Assembly: GCA_963765205.1 (NCBI GenBank)
Contig: CAVXVB010000005.1
Location: 448,001-512,000 of the forward strand
Source of the DNA: an uncultured Verrucomicrobiae bacterium
Lineage (GTDB): Bacteria; Verrucomicrobiota; Verrucomicrobiia; Opitutales; JABDGR01
DNA: 64,000 nt
Direction: 5' to 3'
The notes below the pieces were generated by a model. It was not told the DNA's origin, did no database searches, and saw only the letters and a program-made list of their open reading frames with translations. The translations under genes were made by a program, and so were the position numbers. Positions within the stretch are counted from its first letter, which is position 1. Each line of letters starts with the position of its first letter. Positions 42,013 through 50,562 of the stretch are shown here, piece after piece.

Positions 42013-42241
42013 GACGACGTTCCTCCGCCCGGCTGGCCAGCAATGCCGAGGTCAAATGGCTGCCGGCAAACATCCCCCGTGCGGATTGGATCGGGTCGTC
42101 GTCCTCTCGCAGATTGGGAGTGCCATTTTTCTTCTGGCCGCTCGATTGCTTGGCGGCAAACGCGTCAAACCACTCCGAAAAGCGGGCTAATTCGGCGCCG
42201 GAAAGCCGGCTTACGGCAGACTCGATTTCTTGGACGCTCAT
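42005..42241 (-). CDS. Putative antitoxin, overlapping vapC
   Basis: 78-aa ORF overlapping the PIN gene start; MSVQEIESAVSRLS..EL..F.EW. Confidence 0.7.
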   Translation of the reverse strand: MSVQEIESAVSRLSGAELARFSEWFDAFAAKQSSGQKKNGTPNLREDDDPIQSARGMFAGSHLTSALLASRAEERRRG

Positions 42242-42291
42242 GATACTAAGGTTAATATAATTAATTTAAAAAGCAAGCTTGCTTCAAGCAA

Positions 42292-43476
42292 CTACCCCTT
42301 TTCCGCCGCCAGGAACGCCCGTAGCAGGGCATACAAATCCGGTGAGTTGAGCAGGAACGAATCGTGGCCGAGGTCGGAGGTGATTTCCGCGAAGGTGGCG
42401 CGTTTGTTCGCGCGCAGCATGGCTTGCGCGATTTCCTGGCTCTGCTCCGTCGGAAACAGCCAGTCCGACGTGAAGCCGACGACGAGCGCGCGCGCCGTCA
42501 TGGCCCGGAAGGCGTCTTCGAGCCGCCCGTCCGGCCCGTGCAAATCAAAGCGGTCGAGCGCCTTGGTGAAATAAAGATAGGTGTTCGCGTCGAAGCGGTT
42601 CACGAAGCTTTGCCCCTGGTGCTGCAAGTAACTCTCGACCTCGAACTCGACCGCGAAATGTCCCGACGCGTCGCCGCTGTTGCCCGCGGGCGCCGGCTCG
42701 CGCCGCGCCCGGCCAAACTTCGAGTCGAGGCTCTTGTTCGACAGATAGGTGATATGCGCCATCATCCGCGCCACGGCCAGGCCGACGTTCGGTCCCGCCT
42801 CCGGCGGGTAGTCGCCGTGGTTCCAGGCCGGGTCCTGCATGATCGCGCTGCGCCCCACCGCGTTGAAGGCGATGGCCTGCGCGCTCTGCCGCGCGGTCGT
42901 CGCCAGCGCGATCACGCTGCGCGCCTGGTCGGGAAAATCAATTGCCCACTGCAGCGCCATCATCCCCCCCATCGAGCCGCCCACCACCGCCGCCAGGCTG
43001 CGCACCCCGAGGTGTGCGACCAGCCGGGCGTGCGCCCGCACCATGTCGCGGATGGTCAGCGCCGGGAAATCGAGGTTGTAGCGCCGGCCCGTGCGCGGGT
43101 TTGGCGAACTCGGCCCGGTCGAGCCGCGGCACCCGCCCAGGCAATTCGCGCAAATGACGAAATACTTTTTCGTGTCAAACGGGCGGCCCGGGCCGATGAT
43201 CTGGTCCCACCAGCCCGGCTTGCGGTCGCCGGCGGCGTGGCGGCCCGCGCAATGGTGGTCGCCGCTCAACGCGTGGCAGATGAAGATCGCGTTGGAGCGG
43301 GCGGCGTCCAACTCGCCGTAAGTCTCGTAGCGCAGCGTGAACTCCGGGATTTCCACGCCGCAGTCGAACTTGAACGGCTCCGGGCACACGAAGTCCTGCG
43401 GGCATACCACGCCCACGCCGCCGCTCTCAGCGGCGGGGTCGGGCGCGGTTTCCAGAGCGGTGCGGTCATCGGTCAT
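42292..43476 (-). CDS. metX: Homoserine O-acetyltransferase
   Basis: CHALSGDHH, GWW, N.LGGC.GSTGP, GGSMGG, RFDANTY, SDWLF, GHDSFLL. Confidence 0.96.
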   Translation of the reverse strand: MTDDRTALETAPDPAAESGGVGVVCPQDFVCPEPFKFDCGVEIPEFTLRYETYGELDAARSNAIFICHALSGDHHCAGRHAAGDRKPGWWDQIIGPGRPFDTKKYFVICANCLGGCRGSTGPSSPNPRTGRRYNLDFPALTIRDMVRAHARLVAHLGVRSLAAVVGGSMGGMMALQWAIDFPDQARSVIALATTARQSAQAIAFNAVGRSAIMQDPAWNHGDYPPEAGPNVGLAVARMMAHITYLSNKSLDSKFGRARREPAPAGNSGDASGHFAVEFEVESYLQHQGQSFVNRFDANTYLYFTKALDRFDLHGPDGRLEDAFRAMTARALVVGFTSDWLFPTEQSQEIAQAMLRANKRATFAEITSDLGHDSFLLNSPDLYALLRAFLAAEKG

Positions 43477-43558
43477 TCAAAAAGGATGAAGGATGAAGGA
43501 TGAAGGATGAAGCAAAAAAGCATCCAAGGCCGACCATCCTGCATTTGGGCAAAAAAAA

Positions 43559-43656
43559 CGGTCAGGCACCCTACGGCACTCGCGAAGCCTGGTTACCGTT
43601 GCACCCTTCCGGGCCTGGCGGAGTTCACCGGTTCTACGTTGCATAGGACCCGACCG
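43559..43656 (-). ncRNA. ffs: Bacterial small SRP RNA (4.5S)
   Basis: Reverse complement CGGTCGGGTCCTATG...GCCAGGCCCGGAAGGGTGCAACGG...CGTAGGGTGCCTGACCG: long hairpin with a CAGG-CCC-GGAA-GGG domain IV, followed by a T8 run. Confidence 0.9.
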
Positions 43657-43849
43657 CCCGGAAGCATCGCACAGGCGGGCGGGTAGGGCAATCCTTTTAA
43701 TTGAGCGGTTTACGCGCCGGGATAATTCACCGCAAAGGCGCGGAGAACGCAAAGGGGGTTTTTGATAGAATTAACAAAATTGACAGAATTAATTCTTAGC
43801 GGTCTTCGCGTCTTCGCGGTGAATTGCCTTGGTGTTTTTCGAACCCAAC

Positions 43850-44470
43850 CTAATCCAGCTTGTCCGCCGGCCGGAGAAACTCCGCCGCCACCCGGCCCGT
43901 CGCGCGCAGTTGCCGCACCAGCGCCGCCGGCGCGTTGACGACGATGAGCTTCCGCGCCGCCGCCCACACCGGCACATCCACATACGAATTGCCCGCGTAA
44001 TCGAAGCCGCCCCGGCCAAACCGCGCCACCAGCGCCGCGCACTTCGCCCGCCCGCGCAAGTTCGTGCGCCCGTCGCTCGCCAGCACTTCGTCGAACAAAC
44101 CGACGTGCGCCGCCACTTTTTCCACCAGTGCGCGCTCCGAGGCGCTGGCCAGCACGAGCTTACGCCCGCGTTTTTTTTCCGCGCGTAAAAAGTCCACGAA
44201 CGGCGTGATGTAGGGCAGCCGCGCCGGGTCAATCGTCGCGCGCGCGGCCACCTGGCGCTTCAAGTTCGCCCGCCCGCGCAAAAACCAAACCGGCACCAGC
44301 AGCAGGTATAAAAAGTTCCGCCGCCGCAAAACCGCCAGCGACTCCCAGAGCAAGTCCGAGTAGATCAGCGTCCCGTCCAAATCCACGCACAGCGGCACCG
44401 CGGAGGCCGGAGCCTCGTCGGCCGCCGCCGGGGTGGGAGAGGATTCATTTGCCAAGCCCGGCCATTCCAC
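43850..44470 (-). CDS. HAD-superfamily hydrolase (stand-alone form of the domain usually fused to UbiA-family prenyltransferases)
   Basis: PLCVDLDGTLIYSDLLWES, LASAS, FDEVLASDG..NLRGRAK, FDYAGNS..D. Confidence 0.78.
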   Translation of the reverse strand: MEWPGLANESSPTPAAADEAPASAVPLCVDLDGTLIYSDLLWESLAVLRRRNFLYLLLVPVWFLRGRANLKRQVAARATIDPARLPYITPFVDFLRAEKKRGRKLVLASASERALVEKVAAHVGLFDEVLASDGRTNLRGRAKCAALVARFGRGGFDYAGNSYVDVPVWAAARKLIVVNAPAALVRQLRATGRVAAEFLRPADKLD

Positions 44471-44565
44471 CCCAAACCCCGCTCCGCCTCAAGCCTTTCC
44501 GGGGCGAAGCCTAACCGCCGCATACGGGTCTTGCTTTTGTCGCAGAAGGTCTTACTATGAGGTTT

Positions 44566-44817
44566 ATGTCCTCCCTAACCATCAAGCTTTCTCCCGCGTT
44601 GAAATCGGAATTGGAAAGCACCGCGCGTCTGCGCGGAAGGAGCGTCTCCGCCGTCGTCCGTGAGGCGGTCGAGGGGCGTTTGCGCCAGGGCCAGCGCAAG
44701 GGCAAGTCGTCCTTGTATGAACGCACCGCTCATTTGCGCGGTTGTTTTGACAGCGGGGTCAAGGATTTGGCCACCAATCCGAAATACCTGGAAGGGTTCG
44801 GCGAGTGGAAACGGTGA
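44566..44817 (+). CDS. Ribbon-helix-helix (CopG) antitoxin
   Basis: LTIKL...SVSAVVREAV...DLATNPKYLEGFG; overlaps the PIN gene. Confidence 0.82.
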   Translation: MSSLTIKLSPALKSELESTARLRGRSVSAVVREAVEGRLRQGQRKGKSSLYERTAHLRGCFDSGVKDLATNPKYLEGFGEWKR

Positions 44818-45221
44818 TTGCCGACGCTGGGCCACTGGTGGCTTATTTTGATCGTGGTGAACTGCACCACGAATGGGTTTGTTCCGTTTTGCAGAAAATG
44901 ACGAAACCGATGGTCACTTGCGATGCGGTCTTGGCCGAGACAGCTTTTGTGCTCAGTCGCAAAGGCCAGCATGCAGACATGGTTTTCTCGCTCCTCACCG
45001 AGGGGCTGGTCACCCTGGGCTTTGAAACGGCGAAACACCATCGTGAACTGGCGGCGCTCATGCGGGTTTATCGCGACGTCCCGATGTCCTTGGCCGATGC
45101 TTCGTTGGTGCGAATGAGCGAACTAAACCGCGACAGCGTCCTTTTCACTCTTGATCGCGATTTTCGGGTGTATCGCCGCAACGGCCGCCAGCGCATCCCG
45201 TTATTGGCGCCCTTTGCTTGA
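44805..45221 (+). CDS. vapC: VapC PIN-domain toxin
   Basis: IADAGPLVA, VLAET, MSLADASLV, FTLDRDF. Confidence 0.9.
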   Translation: METVIADAGPLVAYFDRGELHHEWVCSVLQKMTKPMVTCDAVLAETAFVLSRKGQHADMVFSLLTEGLVTLGFETAKHHRELAALMRVYRDVPMSLADASLVRMSELNRDSVLFTLDRDFRVYRRNGRQRIPLLAPFA

Positions 45222-45282
45222 TTTTCCTTTTGCTCCAAAACCTTGCTTCTACCGGGCGGGAGTGTCATTTTCATCCTTTTGC

Positions 45283-46803
45283 ATGAGCGATCAACCGTCA
45301 AACCCATCCCTGCCCGCCGCGCCGTCCGTTTCCGCCGTCAGCCATGACTTGCGCGCGGTGCGCCTGCTGCGCCTGCAGGAATTGCGCGCGCAGGGGCAGG
45401 ACCCGTTTCAGAACAACTGGACGCAATCGCACACGTCCCAGCAGGCCATCGCGATGTATGTCGAGGGCACGGAACTCGGCCCCGAGGTCTCCGTCGCCGG
45501 GCGCATGACCATCTCGCGCGACCAGGGCAAATCCTGCTTCATCAAGCTGCTCGACCGCGACGGCCTCATTCAGGTTTACGTCCGCAAGGACGAAATCGGC
45601 GACGAGGCCTTCGCCGAGTTCAAGAAACTCGATCTGGGCGACATCCTCGGCGTCGCCGGCCCGATTTTCAAAACCAAGACCGGTGAAATCACCGTCCGCG
45701 CGAAAAAATACGCCTTGCTCGCCAAGGCGCTGCGCCCGCTCCCGGAAAAGTGGCACGGACTCACCGATAGCGAGCAGATTTACCGCCAGCGCTACCTGGA
45801 CCTCATCGTCAACCCCGCCTCGCGCGAGCGCTTTCAACTGCGCAGCCGCATCGTGCGCGCCGTGCGCGAATACCTTTGGAGCCGCGATTTCGTGGAAGTC
45901 GAGACGCCGGTGCTGCAAACCCTGGCCGGCGGCGCGGCGGCGCGGCCCTTCATCACGCACTTCAACGCCCTCGACTGCGATTTTTACCTCCGCATCGCGC
46001 TCGAGCTGCACCTCAAGCGCATGTTGGTCGGCGGCTTCGACCGCGTTTATGAAATCGGCCGCGTTTTCCGCAACGAAGGCCTCTCGCGCCGGCACAATCC
46101 CGAGTTCACCATGCTCGAGGTTTACCAGGCCTACACGGATTACCGCGGCATGATGATGCTCATCCACGACCTCATCCAGTATATCTGCCGCACGGCGCTC
46201 GGCGGGCGCACCAGCATCCCGCGCCCCGAAGGCGGCGAAATCGAACTCGCCGGCAAATGGCGCGAGGTCAAATACAAGGATTTGATCATCGAGGCCACCG
46301 GCGACGCCGAGTGGTTCACGCGCCCGCGCGAGGCCAAGCTCGCCGCCTGTGCCGGCCTCGGCCTCGAGGTTAACCCCGCGCTGCCCGACTTTGCCATCAC
46401 CCAGGACGTGTTCGAGAAGCTCATCGAACCCAAGCTCATCCAGCCCACCTTCGTCACGCACATCCCCGGCGAATTGTGCCCGCTGGCGAAAATCACCCGC
46501 GGCGACCCCTCGACCCTCGACGTTTTCGAACTCTGCATCAACGGCCAGGAAATTGCGCCCGCCTATTCCGAGCAGAACGACCCCCTGCTCCAGCGTGAGC
46601 AATTCACCCGGCAAGTCGGCGACGACATCCAGAAACTGGACGAAGACTTCCTCACCGCCCTCGAACACGGCATGCCCCCCGCCGGCGGTATGGGCGTCGG
46701 CATTGACCGGCTCGTCATCCTGCTCACCGGCGCCGCGAATATCCGCGATACGATTCTCTTCCCCTCGCTGAAGCCGGAAGCCGGCCCGGAGCGGGGGACC
46801 TAA
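45283..46803 (+). CDS. lysS: Lysine--tRNA ligase (class II)
   Basis: OB-fold, KALRPLPEKWHGL, YRQRYLDL, EVETP, FRNEG...HNPEFTMLE, GMPPAGGMGVGIDRL. Confidence 0.98.
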   Translation: MSDQPSNPSLPAAPSVSAVSHDLRAVRLLRLQELRAQGQDPFQNNWTQSHTSQQAIAMYVEGTELGPEVSVAGRMTISRDQGKSCFIKLLDRDGLIQVYVRKDEIGDEAFAEFKKLDLGDILGVAGPIFKTKTGEITVRAKKYALLAKALRPLPEKWHGLTDSEQIYRQRYLDLIVNPASRERFQLRSRIVRAVREYLWSRDFVEVETPVLQTLAGGAAARPFITHFNALDCDFYLRIALELHLKRMLVGGFDRVYEIGRVFRNEGLSRRHNPEFTMLEVYQAYTDYRGMMMLIHDLIQYICRTALGGRTSIPRPEGGEIELAGKWREVKYKDLIIEATGDAEWFTRPREAKLAACAGLGLEVNPALPDFAITQDVFEKLIEPKLIQPTFVTHIPGELCPLAKITRGDPSTLDVFELCINGQEIAPAYSEQNDPLLQREQFTRQVGDDIQKLDEDFLTALEHGMPPAGGMGVGIDRLVILLTGAANIRDTILFPSLKPEAGPERGT

Positions 46804-46853
46804 ATCACGATTTGAAGATTGCCGGGCGGGCGGCCTTTGCCTAGATTTTCTCC

Positions 46854-47048
46854 ATGAAAACTACCCTGATCAGCAAGCCCCGTCGAACCCGTCGCCTGCG
46901 CGTGGCCCGCCCGGCGATCAAACCCGCGCGGCCCACCCTCTGGGAAGTCATCCAGCCTTTCGTCGGCATGGCGGATAATTTGCCCGCCGATCTCGCGCTG
47001 AACCACGATCATTACCTCTACGGCGCGGCCAAACGCGCGGGCCGATGA
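46854..47048 (+). CDS. Putative antitoxin
   Basis: LPADLALNHDHYLYG motif typical of PIN-associated antitoxins; ATGA overlap with the next gene. Confidence 0.78.
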   Translation: MKTTLISKPRRTRRLRVARPAIKPARPTLWEVIQPFVGMADNLPADLALNHDHYLYGAAKRAGR

Positions 47049-47449
47049 AAGCGGTTTTTGCCGACACTTTTTATTTTTGCGCCTTGCTCAATCGCGCGGA
47101 CGCCGCCCATGGCCGCGCCGTGGCCTTTGCCCGCCAGAACACGCAGCCGCTGGTGACGACGGTGTTGGTGCTCGCCGAGTTGGCCAATACCTTTGCCGAA
47201 ACTTCCCTGCGCCGACGCACCAGCGAATTTATCCGCGCCCTCGAATCATCAGCCCAGTTCCGGGCGTGGCCTCTGACCATCGAGTTATGGGACGCCAGTT
47301 TACTTCTTTACCAAGAGCGAGAGGACAAAGGATGGTCGCTGACCGACTGTAGCTCCTTTGTTCTCATGCGCCAGTTGGGTTTAAGCGTGGCGCTGACTGG
47401 TGACCACCATTTTATCCAAGCCGGTTTCGAGGCGATGTTTGCGAAATAG
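47045..47449 (+). CDS. vapC: VapC PIN-domain toxin
   Basis: VFADT, VLAE, DKGWSLTDCSSF, LTGDHHFIQAGF. Confidence 0.9.
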   Translation: MKAVFADTFYFCALLNRADAAHGRAVAFARQNTQPLVTTVLVLAELANTFAETSLRRRTSEFIRALESSAQFRAWPLTIELWDASLLLYQEREDKGWSLTDCSSFVLMRQLGLSVALTGDHHFIQAGFEAMFAK

Positions 47450-47535
47450 ATCAACTATCTTGTGCCTGGTGGCCACCTTCCGGCTTCCTTTTTCCTGCTT
47501 CCGTCTTCTTAATTCTGCCTTCTTAATTCGTCCCC

Positions 47536-49017
47536 ATGCCCTGGCCCGTTTATCTCGCCTGCAAGCACCTCTTCCCCACCGGGCGCGGGCTGACTTGGCG
47601 CGCGATGCGGAGAGTGTGCTTGATTGCGGTCGTGGTCTCGGCGGTTTTATTCGGCAGCCTGCTTTGCTTTTTGTGGTGGCGCGGCGTGCTGACACGACTG
47701 CATCTCCATAACCCCTCGACGCTGGCGTTGGCGGGGCAACTCGGCCTCGTCTGGCTTTGGCTGGCGTTTGCGGTGTTTGTCGTCGCCTTTCTTTTTCATT
47801 GCACGCCGTTTTTCAACGCCATGTCCATCCTCGGCATCATGCTGGGCGTCACGGTGCTTATCACCGTGCAGAGCGTCATGAACGGCTTCGCCAACGAATA
47901 CGTCCGCGTCTTCATCGAAACGCAGGGCCATTTGACTGTTCGGGCGGACGAACCCATGAAAGATTCCAAGCAAGTGGCCGACGTCATCAAACGAGTCTCC
48001 GGCGTGACGCTGGCCGAGCCGGTGGCGGAAGGGGCGGTGATGCTCTTGAGCAGCGCGGGCCGCCCCGCCTTCCCCCAAGTGCGCAGCTTCGACATGAACA
48101 ACCCCGACACCCAGCGCGACCCGCTCGTGCCCGATGTCACGGCAGGCAAGTTTGACGACCTTGACGACCACAGCGTCCTGCTCGGTTACGGCCTGGCCCA
48201 ACTGCTGCAGGCGAACGTCGGCGATACAGTGGATGTATACACGCTCTATATGTTTCAAAGCATCAAGCGTGACGACGTGCTCCGCCCCAAGCAATTGACC
48301 GTGGCCGGCATCTTTGACACCGGCTTCGCCGTGTATGACGACAACACCATGGGTGTCACCTTGCGCACGATGCAGGAACTCTATGGCTTCAGCGACGAAG
48401 TGGGCGCCATCGAAGTGCGCCTCGATAATGACGATGAAGGCCACCTCTTGGACGTGCAAAACGCGATTGAAAAGGCGCTGCAGCCCCTCAACCAGCAGCG
48501 CCTCGCCGCCGGCGGGCCGGGCGCGCTCCTGCAAGTGGAAAACTGGGAAGAGCGCAACCACGACCAACTGCAAATCCTCTTTGTCGAAAAATCGGTCATG
48601 TTCTACATCATGATCGTCATCGTCATCGTGGCGGCCTTCTGCATCCTGTGCTCGCTCGCCACCTCCGTGGTGCGCAAGACGCGGGAAGTCGGCGTGCTCG
48701 GCGCGCTCGGCGCCCGGCCCACGCAGGTGGCGGCGGTGTTTTGCCTCCAGGGCCTCCTCATCGGCGCGGTGGGCACGCTCTTGGGCGTGGGCCTCTCGCT
48801 GCTGCTGCTCCATTACCGGCAAGTCATCGTGACCGCCTTCGTGGACCAATACCTCATCGAGGAATTTTATAAGTTCTACAGTTTTCCGGCGGAGTATCGC
48901 CTGGTGGATTTTGCCCGCATCATCGGCTTTACCTTCGTCATCACCACCCTGGCCGGCCTGCTCCCCGCCTGGTGGGCCGCCCGCCTCAAACCCGCGGAAT
49001 GTTTGCGGTATGAGTAG
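47536..49017 (+). CDS. Lipoprotein-releasing ABC transporter permease (LolC/E, FtsX-like)
   Basis: LGVTVLITVQSVMNGF, periplasmic domain, EKSVM, KTREVGVLGALGA, PAWWAARLKPAECLRYE. Confidence 0.9.
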   Translation: MPWPVYLACKHLFPTGRGLTWRAMRRVCLIAVVVSAVLFGSLLCFLWWRGVLTRLHLHNPSTLALAGQLGLVWLWLAFAVFVVAFLFHCTPFFNAMSILGIMLGVTVLITVQSVMNGFANEYVRVFIETQGHLTVRADEPMKDSKQVADVIKRVSGVTLAEPVAEGAVMLLSSAGRPAFPQVRSFDMNNPDTQRDPLVPDVTAGKFDDLDDHSVLLGYGLAQLLQANVGDTVDVYTLYMFQSIKRDDVLRPKQLTVAGIFDTGFAVYDDNTMGVTLRTMQELYGFSDEVGAIEVRLDNDDEGHLLDVQNAIEKALQPLNQQRLAAGGPGALLQVENWEERNHDQLQILFVEKSVMFYIMIVIVIVAAFCILCSLATSVVRKTREVGVLGALGARPTQVAAVFCLQGLLIGAVGTLLGVGLSLLLLHYRQVIVTAFVDQYLIEEFYKFYSFPAEYRLVDFARIIGFTFVITTLAGLLPAWWAARLKPAECLRYE

Positions 49018-49717
49018 CATTGCTGCCATGTCTCCGCCCATCCTCAGCGCCGCCGGCCTGACCAAGAGTTACGCGACCCCCGCGGGTCCGTTGCCCGTTT
49101 TATGCGGCGTGGACCTTGCCGTCACCCCCGGCGAAAGCGTGAGCATCCGCGGTGAGTCCGGCTCCGGCAAAACCACCCTTTTGTATTGCCTCGCCGGGCT
49201 GGAGGAAATTGACGGCGGCGCCCTCGCCTGGGACGGCCTCGCCGTCACCCCCCTGCGCCCGGCTGCCCGCGCCCCGGCCCGCGCCCGGCTATTGGGATTT
49301 GTCTTTCAATCCTATTATCTAACCCCGGAGCTGGACGCGCTCGAGAACGTCCTCCTCGCGCGCCGCCTCCTCGGCCCGCTGCGGCCGGCGGACACGGCGC
49401 GCGCGCGCGACCTGCTCGGCCGCGTCGGCCTCGGCGGGCGTCTGCGGCACGTTCCCGGGAAGCTCTCCGGCGGCGAGGCCCAGCGCGTGGCCCTCGCGCG
49501 CGCGCTGCTCAACCACCCGCGCCTGCTCCTCGCCGACGAACCGACCGGCAACCTCGATGAACGCACGGCCGAGGAAGTCATCGCGCTGCTCCTGCGCCTC
49601 TGCGCCGAGGAAAACACCGCGCTCGTCCTCGTCACCCACCACGCCGGGTTTGCCGCGCGCACGGCCCGCGCCCTCCGCCTCGCACACGGCCTGCTCGCGC
49701 CCGCGGCCCGCGGTTAA
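49010..49717 (+). CDS. lolD: Lipoprotein-releasing ABC transporter ATPase
   Basis: GESGSGKT, GFVFQ, LSGGEAQRVALAR, LADEPTGNLD. Confidence 0.9.
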   Translation: MSSIAAMSPPILSAAGLTKSYATPAGPLPVLCGVDLAVTPGESVSIRGESGSGKTTLLYCLAGLEEIDGGALAWDGLAVTPLRPAARAPARARLLGFVFQSYYLTPELDALENVLLARRLLGPLRPADTARARDLLGRVGLGGRLRHVPGKLSGGEAQRVALARALLNHPRLLLADEPTGNLDERTAEEVIALLLRLCAEENTALVLVTHHAGFAARTARALRLAHGLLAPAARG

Positions 49718-49786
49718 GTTTCCTAACCGTCCGCCGATTTATAAAAATGCTGTTGATTTCCGCGCCCCGCCGCCTACAACACCCCG

Positions 49787-50473
49787 ATGCTCGCGTGTTT
49801 TAACCCCAAACACCTCCCCGCCGCCGCCTTCTTCCTGCTGGCTGCGACGCTGCGTGGTGGGGCCGCCGACGCTGCCGCGCCCGCCCCGGCGCTGGCCACC
49901 ACGGGCGACGAAATCTCCGTCACCGGCTTCAATTTTAACCCACCCTTGGTGGATCCCTATGCCAAGGCCAGTTGGCTCGTGGCCGAAGTGGATTTCATGG
50001 GCAAGGCCGCCAGCGGCAAATGGTTGGACGACGTGGACGTCAACCTCACCCTCGGCTGGGGCACGACCGGCGTCAAAGCCTCGATTGACGTGGCGCTCAC
50101 TTCGACCGTCCACCTGCTTTCCATCCAAAGCGGCACGCGTGAAGTGGTTTTTTTCTTCGTCCCGCCCGAAGTGCTCGCCCGCGGCGCGAAAAACCAGGCC
50201 TTCGTCGCCAACGCCGCGCCGACCTTTTACGCCGTCCAATTCAAGGAAGGCGGCGCCGCCCTCTCCACCGACTACAAGAAATCCGACGTCTCCGCGCAAA
50301 CGCTGCCCAACAAAGACTATGTGGACGCGTTCGTCGCCAAAGGCGCCGACAACGGCCAGCTCATGTCCGAAGCCACCGTGCCCTCCCATATTCTCTACCT
50401 CGTGCTCGTGAGCAGCCGCGTCGGCAGCAATGTCTTTCCAACTTTTGTGCAAAATTCCACCGCCGGGCATTGA
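49787..50473 (+). CDS. Secreted protein, positional equivalent of Amuc_1102
   Basis: Signal peptide, beta-rich; first gene of the pilus cluster. Confidence 0.55.
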   Translation: MLACFNPKHLPAAAFFLLAATLRGGAADAAAPAPALATTGDEISVTGFNFNPPLVDPYAKASWLVAEVDFMGKAASGKWLDDVDVNLTLGWGTTGVKASIDVALTSTVHLLSIQSGTREVVFFFVPPEVLARGAKNQAFVANAAPTFYAVQFKEGGAALSTDYKKSDVSAQTLPNKDYVDAFVAKGADNGQLMSEATVPSHILYLVLVSSRVGSNVFPTFVQNSTAGH

Positions 50474-50562
50474 CACTGCGGATAATTTCTGCCAAAACCT
50501 TCAATTCCCCCTGAGGAAAAGCCCTTATACCTCCCTAAAATCCGCCCACCCCATTTTGCCGG

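Noticed and set aside
43540..43700. SAM riboswitch upstream of metX
   Set aside because: The structured RNA matches SRP domain IV and lacks SAM-I (ATCxAGAG) or other SAM motifs.
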